Of a stretch of 64,000 nucleotides of DNA, positions 24,005 through 34,746 are shown one piece after another (position 1 is the first letter of the stretch; each line of letters begins with the position of its first letter). Made by a program: the position numbers and the translations under genes. The notes under the pieces are model-generated. The model was not told the origin of the DNA. It saw nothing but the letters and a program-made list of their open reading frames with translations, and did no database searches. The stretch is from Antedon mediterranea (lineage: Eukaryota > Animalia > Echinodermata): NCBI RefSeq assembly GCF_964355755.1, contig NC_092670.1, positions 17,470,795-17,534,794 on the forward strand, in the 5' to 3' direction.

Positions 24005-27000
24005 CTTTCAAGTGTAAAGATTAATTTAATTTCACCTGATCTGAAATAGATTAGATATATGTCCACTGCTGGTAATTTAGGCTAGGGGGATATTTATTAT
24101 TTCTATTAAAATATGTTAAAATTATTGAGAAAATGTTATTTATTTTTTTAAGAACAATAAAATAATATATTAATATTCGTTTTTAATAGTTATTTTTGAT
24201 CTACTAATAAGGCTATATTCAGCAATACAATCCATGTTCAGGCCAAATAAACACCTCATTTGTAGCCTGGTAGTGTAAACTTCCATGTGAACTTATCAAC
24301 CCCAGATTCGCCCAAAAACCATAAAAATGGCCGTAGAGGCCTAGATAATGGACAATTTATAGGCCTAGCATTTTAAAGTATAATTAGCATGTTATGCATG
24401 TCGGTTCTATACCATTTTTTAACATACCTTAAATAAAACCAATTATTTTGTTTAAACACACAATCATTTTACAATTGTTTATTTACACCATCAAGTTAAC
24501 CCTGCATTTTATTTGTCTCTTTTTATATATACACAATAATAATGTTTACGTCTTTTTGTCAATAACTGTTATAGCGCCACCAACGTGTAAATACATACAA
24601 ACTTTTTTTTTAATATCACGGAATTGAAAATATTGACCTAGTCAACATTGTCGTCGTCCGTCGTCATTGTAAAAAACGCATTCAAGACTGATAAAAACCA
24701 CATTCAGCAATAAAAACATATTAAAACTTTATTATTAATTTAACTGGTTAACAAATACATCCGATACGATATAATAAAAAAATAAAAACCATGCCAGTCA
24801 GTCAGAGGCAGAGACGGATTGATAATAAATGGGAGACCAGGAGCGCCGTACATAAAATAAAATGATAAATCTTCAATTACACGTTACAAATTACAAGCAT
24901 TAACAATTCTGATATCAATTATTAATATTTCACAATAAACACAGTCATTAAATAAAAAATATCATTCATTGTGGATTAAACCATAACATGATAAAAAGTA
25001 CAGTATGAAAATCAGATGGATTTGAAATTAAAGTAGGCCTATAAAATTTGTCTACAAATACTTTAAACATATGTAATTTAATAATTCCAATCAACAGTTC
25101 TTTTATTCCAAAGCAAAAAATATATACGCATGCATAAAATAATTTAACATTTAAATAATGGACAAAATCAAATCAAAAACACTTTTCATTATGCAGTATT
25201 TACACTGTTTACACAATAAATTATACTGTAAAATAATATTTAAAACTACAAAAGTAAAATGTACAGTGTACGGTTGTAATTGGTATTGTATCAGATATTT
25301 GTTTACATCTCCCTGATGGTATGCCATGTAAAACAGCATTCTGATATAACCGTTTGTGGTCCAACTTAAAGGGTATAACAAGCTTCTACACACACCAGTA
25401 ATACTGGCCTACGATGCTTGGCCTACAATTTTGGTTCACGTGCATCTTGCTGCTAACATGTGCTTGACGCAATATTTTATGCCTTATTTGCAATGGTACT
25501 ACAAACATAAAAATATATTTTTAAGAGAATTTAAATGTAGGCCTAGTCAATTCAGTCAGTCAATTCAATAATAAGGTAACCGCGTTAGATTATGAATGAT
25601 AATTTTGTTTTGATTTATACCCTAGGAAATATAAATAAGATAATTAGCCTAAGAATTCAAAACAATTTGTTACTCGTACTTTTAGTAAAGTATAATGAAC
25701 AGTCAAAAAGGAAAGTTATTTTTTAAAGAGTGATGGTTAGATGTAAACGAAATCAATTCTTACCTATGATGACAATGATGATGATGATGAAATTAATCAT
25801 TATTAAATTAAATTATATTGTCTACTTTGAGTAGATGAGAAATGAATATCAAAAATTAAAAAATATATCAAAATAAATTGCTCCAATTAATTACTACGAG
25901 GAACGAAGCATACACAATTTATTCATTAAAAATTATGTTGTCGTATTATCTTTTCTTAATAAAATATTTTTTAAAAATAAATTAATAAATTTATTAATAA
26001 GATATTGCGTTTGTTGTTTTACATTACATTTTTTATTATACATTACATTTTTGTATTGTCTCATTATAATTATCACTCTTTTTTATTGTATTGCTTTACC
26101 ATTGATAGAAACTAATAAATGTTGAATAAATTACATTATTATGGCATCCACACTAAATACATGAGCTGACAGATCACATTTTTCTTTGTAAATTTTTTGT
26201 AAGATTTTATGAGAAAGAATGTTTATACTCCAAAAGTAGTAAAAACAAAAAGGGGGTACACTATTACTCGCAACCTAGAACCCGACCGTGGCAGTTTTCA
26301 AGGAATTTTTAACCTTGCAGTATACAACTTCCGGTTCGGTTATATTTAGTTTAAAATCTTCCTAGAGCCCTGACATTTTTGGTAATGTTGATACACAAGT
26401 TATCCCATCCCACATCCCTCCAATAGTTTAAAACCTTCCCAGTCCCAGTACAATCATTACTTAGCTAGCAGTACTTTTTTTCTGGTGAAACACGGCTTAA
26501 AGCTTTCTTGAGCTTAATTAGTTTTCTCCCAAGCTTTGAATCTTATTGAATAATTTTAATAATAGGCCTAATCTATTTGATGAATTTTGTAATAAAACGA
26601 ACGAGACTGATAAATATTCAGATCGGCAGTGTAACGCGCAATTTTTTCTCGTTGTTGTTGTCCAATCATAATCGTTTTCGCGAATTGAAGTTAGGAAGCT
26701 TTCATCGTCGTATTACCAAAGATCATATCAGATATTTTCATACAGTTTTAGTAATTCTCCGTTGCTTTACGCCTGTCCAGTTTGAGGAGATTCTTATACA
26801 ATTTGCGGAGCCTGTCCTGTGGTGGTCATCACGTCACTCCTGAACCATCAATATGGCTACAGGTATTTTGGATACTATTTTTATGTATTTTACGTGATAT
26901 TTGTTTTATATATCTATCCAAACGTTTTCTTCCTCCTTATTAGGGCGTATTGAATCATGAAAAATCAAAATGTTTGGTGGTTGTAAAATGGGCAATGTTG

Positions 27001-27609
27001 ACGCTCTTATTTTGTAGATAAAACTGAGTCCAGATACCATGATAAGATGATGATGGCATCATGAAAATTCGTTATTTTTGTGTGATTTTGCAAATTGTGA
27101 CATTGTTAATAAACTCAATCTCATTTTTTTTTTAAAGTCACTTCATTTCATTCCGGGAATCAAACGAATCATGCCATTTATATATTTCCTTCCGTTGACA
27201 TGGTAACTGACCCCATGAATTGTTGTTTAAAGATGGTTGGTTCAAATCTTTCTTTCTTTTATTTAAGCGCAACGACTGTAATTTGACCAATCCCACGCGA
27301 CGAATTGTCTGAACTGTCGCTCGTGATTGGCTAAATTACTTGCGTTGCCTGTGTAGTTTATACATCTATTCCTTGCCTCTTGTGCAGTACACGGAAAACA
27401 GTACCCCTACAAAATAAAGAGTTTTACAAGTTACACAAAAGTCATGTGTTTAATTGAATGATAAGTTGTGTTTTTTTTTATACTAAAGTAGTTATGTAAT
27501 CTATGTGGATTGACCAGTCTGCAAATCGTCCAACTAAAGCATGTATTTTAATGTACGAAATGCGCTTTATATTTTGACAGTACGTAGAACGAACTCTGTA
27601 TCATTCATA

Positions 27610-28762
27610 ATGGTGGACGAATATGCAAATGAAACAGGTGACTTCGTGTCTTCTACCATCAACCCTTCACCTGTATTATGGCCACGTGGTGAGCTCATCT
27701 TTCAAGTATTCTGCCTGTCACTTATAATGGTTATCGGCATTATCGGTAACGGTCTTGTCATCGTGTCTGTAATTATATCACGTCAATTACGCACAGTCAC
27801 TAACGTCTACGTTGTCAATCTCGCCGTTACTGATCTACTTACTGTTCTGAATATCCCATTGACGATTATAGCCATGCTGTCGGACAGCAATGGCTGGCCT
27901 CTTGCTGATTGGCTGTGCGTGTTCACGGGCGCATCCTTAGTAATCTGTGTAACTAGCAGTATATACACGTTGGCAATGATTGCCATTAGTCGTCTGCTGG
28001 TGGTTACCAGGTCACACGTTGGCAATAAGTCTTTGCCGTTCAAACGTCACTGCATAATAACCGCTCTTGTCTTTATCTGGTCGATATCAATATTCATGGC
28101 GTCGATACCAGCTATATTTGGTGTTGGTCAACTTGGCTATGATACTCGATATTATAGCTCCTGTACCTGGGACTGGTCACACTCACAATCGTCAACATAC
28201 AATGTAATAGTAGCTGCCTCTTTATACCCAGTACCATTTCTAGTGATAGTAACCTGTTACTTGATCATATTCCGACATTTTCACAAACACACAGAGAAGA
28301 TGATGGTTCATACAAATACAAGTAGGGTCACAAGCTGCTCCATACCCAGTACCGTTTTGATCGTACGATTAATCGGGAAACCACCTCACGACAACAAACA
28401 CGCAACAAACACGCAACAAACACGCAACAAACACGCAACAAACACGCAACGCCTGGGCAAGAAAGAATGGCAGTAAACATCGGATGAATACAATGAATGT
28501 TAGAGTTACACAGAACTTATTTTATGTGGTTGTCGTGTATGTAATGTGTATAACTCCTTTTGTAATCTGCTTATCGGTGGTGCCGAGAGGTGGTTCTATT
28601 AAAGCTACGCCCTACGCAGCAGTTATCCTTATGATAAATAGCTGTATCAATCCTTTAATCTATGCAGTGAAACATCCACATTTTAAAGGAGTTTTCAAAA
28701 GCATTTTGACATGCGATTTAAAACGTATTGCTGATAGGCCGCATGATATTAGAAATACCTGA
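27610..28762 (+). pseudogene. Rhodopsin-like GPCR copy 2, frameshifted in ICL3 (pseudogene or VNTR-dependent allele)
   Basis: Near-identical to copies 1 and 4 from MVDEYANETG to TM5. An insertion at ~28342-28446 with five CAACAAACACG units shifts the frame, giving a stop at 28474-28476; TM6-TM7-NPLIY continue in the +1 frame to TGA at 28762. Confidence 0.85.
28392..28450. repeat. 11-bp tandem repeat (5 copies + 4 nt) inside GPCR copy 2
   Basis: CAACAAACACG at 28392, 28403, 28414, 28425, 28436. Confidence 0.95.
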
Positions 28763-29045
28763 TTATTACAATATGTACAGTATGTTATTCTCTCTACTTA
28801 TGTATAGGCCTATTATTTACTATCAATAATATCAATAATTTGTGTGGAATAAGAATTATAATAGTTTCATAGGCAACCATTATTTCAGCACTTCAAATAT
28901 TTGTAAATCAAACATGCACACACACAATTTCAATGTAGACCTATTTTAGGAGATGCTTCAATTCAATAACTAGAGGGTACTCCGAGAGTACAAACCTCCG
29001 CCTACTGTAAAATTCCTCTACATAAAATGTCCCCGGAAAATTAAT

Positions 29046-29609
29046 ATGACCATCAACCAAATCGAATCTATCCAAAGACGTTTCACTAGATCATGTTTTC
29101 CAGGCTATTTCCAAACTATATATTCCCTCCGTCCATCTTACGAAGCCCGACTTACCTTCCTCAAACTACCCCGGTTGTACCATAGACTTCAATTTCTTCA
29201 ATCTAAATTTGTTATTAAGTGTCTCTACGTAGATTTTCTGGTAAAAGGTGCATTGTTGCCCACACCAGTTTCTCGTAGAAATTATAAATTAGTTTTTAGG
29301 CATATGGGTTCTCGTACCAATGCATTTTACCACTCTGTTTTTATTTCTTTTCCGAGGTTGTGGGATACCCTCCCTATTGAAGTGACTGATTTGTGCCTTT
29401 TTGGTTCCTCTAAGTTATTCCCTGCCTTATTTAATGTCTTTTGCTGTTAACTTGTTGTTTTTGACTGCACCAGAAGGAGAGTATTCACATAGTGACTTCA
29501 TCACTTTTCTACAATCCACCAGACTGGTGTTAGTTTTCTTGTGTTTGTATTTTTTATTGTATTATATGTTTTATGTCTTCTGGAAAATAAATGAATTGAA
29601 TTGAATTGA
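29046..29609 (+). mobile_element. CR1/L2-type LINE 3' fragment
   Basis: IESIQRRFTR...YEARL..LKL..L..R...F....PRLWDTLP is a typical RT C-terminus; ends in AATAAA plus (TGAAT)n tail. Confidence 0.8.
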
Positions 29610-30114
29610 GTGTCATCAATTGTGGCGCAAATATCGTATATACATGATTCGTAATAAAATTCAGGATCCAACTTTGTTTTTTTTTTCATCCAAGCAGAAT
29701 TATTTAGTGTGACAGCACATACATTGCATACTATAGGCAGTTAGGCTAAATGCCTTGATTTTATTAACTCTGTTCCCACTCCTTTTAATAGAATGTGAAC
29801 TTGGAAACAATAGAGGGGGGTATACTAAAAATATTTGGATTATTGAATTGAATTTGCTTATTGAAATATTAAAAGAGACCAAATAAATAATGAAATGAAA
29901 TTGAGTAAATTTAGATAAATAAATCTTGATTTAAAGATTATATTAATTTAATATCAATAAACACACACAAGCTATTTTCTACATGAGTGATATATCATGC
30001 ATTCAAATAAATATTGAAATATTAAATACACTAATATATTATTAATACGATCGAAAAGAAAAATAATCTAAATGAAGTACAACTGTTATTATATATATTG
30101 TGCAACTGAATATA

Positions 30115-30385
30115 ACCGCAACTGCGGTTATTATCCAGTATCGTCTGAACGGCAGTGCCTTGTCGCCAGCACGTAACCTGGTCACCACCAGCAGACGACT
30201 AATCATTGCCAGCGTGTATATACTGCTGGTTACGCAGACCAGGGAGTTGGCGATTAAACGTCCCGCCGTGAACACGCACAGCCAATCAGCAAGAGGCCAG
30301 TCATTTATATCAGACAACAATGCTAAAATCGTCCATGGCATATTGCATATTCCGAACAGTAAGTAGATCAGTAACTGCGAGATTT
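30115..30385 (-). pseudogene. GPCR pseudogene fragment (copy 3, TM2-TM4)
   Basis: NLAVTDLLTV..MPWTILALLSDINDWPLADWLCVFTAG...SSIYTLAMISRLLVVTRLRAGDKALPFRRYWIITA with indels; closest to copy 4. Confidence 0.88.
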
Positions 30386-31413
30386 AGGCCTACTTGTCTT
30401 ATTTTTGAACTTTTTAAAAATATGTGTTAGAGAAAACATATTAGTTTGTTAAGAAAAACAAATCTTAATTATTATTATTAATAATTTTTGGAGTTCTTAA
30501 TTTTGTAATATTATTTTATATTTATATTTTATATTTGTTTTGATAACCCTGTTCATTACAAGCTATGCTTTCATTTAGGCTCCTCCACTATTTAAGTTAA
30601 TAGTAAAGTGAAATAAAATGAAACATTAGGTAAGAGAAACCTTAATGATTTAAAAGATTATAGTACTTTAATAATGAACCCGCACAAACTAATCTAGTAC
30701 GTTTGTTGAGTGATATTATGCTAACAAATAAATATTGACAATATTAAATACAATGCTAATATACCGGTATTATTAAAGATCAAACAGACGGCACGAAATT
30801 AATTAGGCCTATAAAAAACTAATTTTAAATAAAGTACGGATAAATATATCAACTGTCATCAGCCATCAGACATAGTAATTACACTTCTATTGAACGGCAA
30901 ATACTCTATAGATCCCCTACATTACCATTTACACAGATTAAGTGCTGAAATACAGTATTGTACATAGGCTTGATGGCCATTGACAATTCCCATTGAAACT
31001 TAAGGTTTTTTATTCCGCACTTATTCAGAATAACTGATGTTCGATTTTCCACTAGAAGTTAATTCACATGTCTAATTATTCAAAGTTATTGCACGAGTAC
31101 AGCACCTTGCTTATATTACCTGTAGTCAACATGATTGACATGAGTTATTATTATGTAATACCTTTTGTTTGTCAATGCTTTTATCAATTTTTTATTTGCT
31201 TGTTCATTGTTACGCTCATAGTACCCTTTCTCTATAATGTATTCGTCTTTTACCAATATTCTATCAGATTACCTGATGATAACCTATGGTCGAAAGTGCT
31301 AGTAGGCCTACAATAAATATTTTATTTTGAGGCAGAACAAGAACTTTATCTGTTTTATTTGTATACATTAGAGATCCTGATAGTTAACAATACCATATAC
31401 TTATTCTGTATAA

Positions 31414-32487
31414 TCAGGTATTTCTAATATCATAAGGCCTGTCAGCAATACTTTTTAAACGGCATGTCAAAATGCTTTTGAAAACTCCTTTAAAATGTGG
31501 ATGCTTCACTGCATATATTAAAGGATTGATACAGCTATTCATCATAAGAATAACTGCTGCATATGGCGTAGCTTTAATAGAACCAGTACCTGTCGCTAAT
31601 AAGCAAATACCGAAAGGAGTCATACAAATTGCATACATGACAACCATATAAAATAAGTTTCTTGTAACTTTAATATTCATTTTATTCAACCGATGTTGCA
31701 TGCTGCCTTTCTGTCCTGCTGTCCAGGCGTTGCGTGACGTCTGTTGTCCATTAGTACTACTTGTTGCACTGTTGGTATTTGCATTCGCATTACACATCAT
31801 CTTCTCTGTGTGTTTGTGAAAATGTCGGAATATGATCAAATAACATGTTACTATCACAACTAATGGTACCGGATACAAAACTGCAGCTAATATCGCACTG
31901 TATGTTGACGATTTTGGGTCTGACGAGACCCAGGTACAGGAGCTATATCGAGTATCATAGCCAAGTTGACCAACACCAAATATAGCTGGTATCGACGCCA
32001 TGAATATTGATATTGACCAGATAAAAATCAAAGCGGTTATTATCCAGTATCGTTTAAAAGGCAGTGCCTTGTCGCCACCACGTAACCTGGTAACCACCAG
32101 CAGACGACTGATGGCAATCATGGCCAAAGTATATATACTGCTGGCTACGCAGACGATTAAACATCCCGCCGTGAACACGCACAGCCAATCAACAAGAGGC
32201 CAGCCATTTCTATCAGACAACATGGCTACAATCGTCCATGGCATATTCAGAACAGTAAGTAGATCAGTAACGGCGAGATTGACAACGTAGACATTGGTGA
32301 CTGTGCGTAATTGACGTGATATAATTACAGACACGATGACAAGACCGTTACCGATAATGCCGATAACCATTATAAGTGACAGGCAGAATACTTGAAAGAT
32401 GAGCTCACCACGTGACCATGATACAGGTGAAGGGTTGATGGTAGAAGACACGAAGTCACCTGTTTCATTTCCATATTCGTCCACCAT
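31414..32487 (-). CDS. Rhodopsin-like (class A) orphan GPCR, copy 4, intronless, 357 aa
   Basis: Intact ORF with 7 TM; GN, LAVTD, AISRL, W4.50, ECL2 Cys, CMTP, NSCINPLIY; paralogue of copy 1. Confidence 0.92.
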   Translation of the reverse strand: MVDEYGNETGDFVSSTINPSPVSWSRGELIFQVFCLSLIMVIGIIGNGLVIVSVIISRQLRTVTNVYVVNLAVTDLLTVLNMPWTIVAMLSDRNGWPLVDWLCVFTAGCLIVCVASSIYTLAMIAISRLLVVTRLRGGDKALPFKRYWIITALIFIWSISIFMASIPAIFGVGQLGYDTRYSSCTWVSSDPKSSTYSAILAAVLYPVPLVVIVTCYLIIFRHFHKHTEKMMCNANANTNSATSSTNGQQTSRNAWTAGQKGSMQHRLNKMNIKVTRNLFYMVVMYAICMTPFGICLLATGTGSIKATPYAAVILMMNSCINPLIYAVKHPHFKGVFKSILTCRLKSIADRPYDIRNT

Positions 32488-33669
32488 TATTGCTGATACT
32501 TCAGAGATTTAATTCGCAATTACTGTAAATATAAGAAATATAATTTCACAACTTAAAACTCGTGACAATAAATGTGGTTTTTTCTTGCTTTTACATGTGG
32601 TAGGCCTAGTTGGTGAAATATTTTTACAGGATATGATGTACGGAGGATGTTATAATGCTCAAACATCATCATTGACAAAACTGCTTCCTTCTTCGCTGGA
32701 AATAGTAACATTGTCATATACCCGAGGAAAATAGTCGATAGAATTCTATGAACATGCTATAGAGTGCAATGGTTATAGAGTTCAGAGTAATTTTATAGAA
32801 CCAACAAAATATATTACAAAATAAATAAAATAAATAAAATTCAGAAAACATAGAATGTTTCAGAACCGTAGGGATCTATCGATATCTATCGATATTTTCT
32901 ATCTATAGGCCTATTGTTTTATTCAAACATTCTTTTTTTAAACGTGGCCATCTTAAACGTAAAGGTTGCAACAACTCTTGGATATGTAGAGTAAGTACAT
33001 TTATGAATAATTTTAACATTTTTGTAAATTAGTATCACTGATTGACCATCGGTAAATATAGACTTACATACTTAATATGCCGTAATGATTATAATTGATA
33101 GACAAATAGAGATTTGTTTTCGGATAGAAAAGCACTGACTTATGTTGTTTCTCACTATGTACAACGATACTAGTATGGTGCTTAACATTATATTGGTAAA
33201 ATCTTAAAGGTCGGTTTAGAGTGAGTTCTACCTGAGTACATCTTGTCAATAATTAAAGGTGAGTGGGTAATGTTTATTGTTTGGATATTTATTAGAACAC
33301 TACTACCAGCCTAGTTCAAAGAACGATAATTGATTAATAGATTTAGTCGAGAATATTATTTTACCTATATTGAAATATAAGGAAATAGAAAAACATTTTT
33401 CGGGGAGAGAGAGAGAGAGTAAAAAATTGTTGATTGCAGGCAATCCTGCACTGATTAGCCAAGTACATTGATTTTAAAGTAGATTTGCAATGAGCACATG
33501 GGTGTGTTTCATTTATATAATTTCCTATCGTGGAAACATAAAGAAAACAGAAAGTATTATTTTATTTCCTTTATGGGAATGGCAATAATTAATCTATTTT
33601 AACATTCGATGGTTGATAAAACTAGGGAAGAGTAAAATTACAGTATTATTATTATTATTTTCAATCTTC

Positions 33670-33925
33670 CCTGATAAAACTATATGATGTGCCCATATAT
33701 GGACATGATGATGTCATATCACTACCATATTTGGGTATATCACTACCATATTTGGGCCCATCATATTTGTTTTGTCGAACTAGTTTGATAGTGTAGACAG
33801 AGCTTACGCAAGTTTGACAAAAAGTGTGATGTGCCCAAATATGCTGGTGATATGCCCAAACATCATGTCTATAGATGGGCACATCAATTTTTTTTGTCAC
33901 ATAAGGTTTGATAGTGTAAACAGAG
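33670..33925. mobile_element. Two adjacent partial copies of MITE family A
   Basis: Each ends in GTTTGATAGTGTA.ACAGAG and contains GATGTGCCCA.ATAT / ATATCACTACCATATTTGGG internal repeats. Confidence 0.8.
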
Positions 33926-34509
33926 TAAAAGAACCTTTCAAGCCTTTAAAAATACTAGAGTATACGTTTACCTAAATTTAGAAAAAAAAATCTAGATCGC
34001 AACTGAACGGTATAACCTACTGTTACTAAGAGGACAATATTAGTTAGAATAAACATTCTCCTCCGAAGATTATTCCATCACGAAATACATAAAAAATAGT
34101 ATTTACAGTACCTGTAACTATTATTAATGGAAACATTGAGTGTAGCATCGACGACAGCAGACTTCTCAATGATCTTTCAACGAGCAAACAATACACAATA
34201 CTACAGTATATACAGCATTGGTACTATTCAGGCGTCATCCGCAACGGAAAATGAATCTGGATAATACTTGATATACTCTTGATAAAATACTAAGCTTTTT
34301 CATTGAAGTGAGCAAGCCTAACTCGAATATTCAATTATAGTACGCGCGGAAACGATTATGATTGGAAGGTTGACAATGCCATTGTATTATAAAAAAATAT
34401 GCACAAACATTTAAGATAAATGCAGTGCAGCTCAGGTTTCGAAATGAAATGTACTGCAGAACTGGCACAATATATAGGCTGAGCCATGTATGCGGGATAT
34501 GGTACACTG

Positions 34510-34746
34510 TAGACTTGCCCCAAGTCTGTATTCATTGTCTTTATTTTTTATTTATTTGCTTTTATTTCGATTTTTGTCTGAAAATACAACTCAAGTAACA
34601 CACGTATGAAACGCCATATGTGCAAAAATATTTATATTTTTACTAATATTAAGACAAAACTCTGTTTCCGTATTTTCAGACAAAAATCGAAATAAAAACA
34701 AATAAATAAAAAAAAAGACAATGAATACAGACTTGGGGCTAGTCTA
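34510..34746. mobile_element. Foldback MITE with ~80-bp near-perfect TIRs
   Basis: TAGACTTGCCCCAAGTCTGTATTCATTGTCTTT...TTTCGATTTTTGTCTGAAAATAC and its reverse complement ending GGGGCTAGTCTA; flanked by CTG on both sides (possible 3-bp TSD). Confidence 0.85.

Noticed and set aside
26270-27000. CpG-richer segment with an 88-aa ORF upstream of GPCR copy 2
   Set aside because: No recognisable protein motif or TIR pair; it could be a promoter, first exon or TE interior but cannot be assigned.
28322-28465. A new intron removing the GPCR copy 2 frameshift
   Set aside because: No good donor consensus and no pyrimidine tract before the available AGs; cannot be fully excluded without RNA data.
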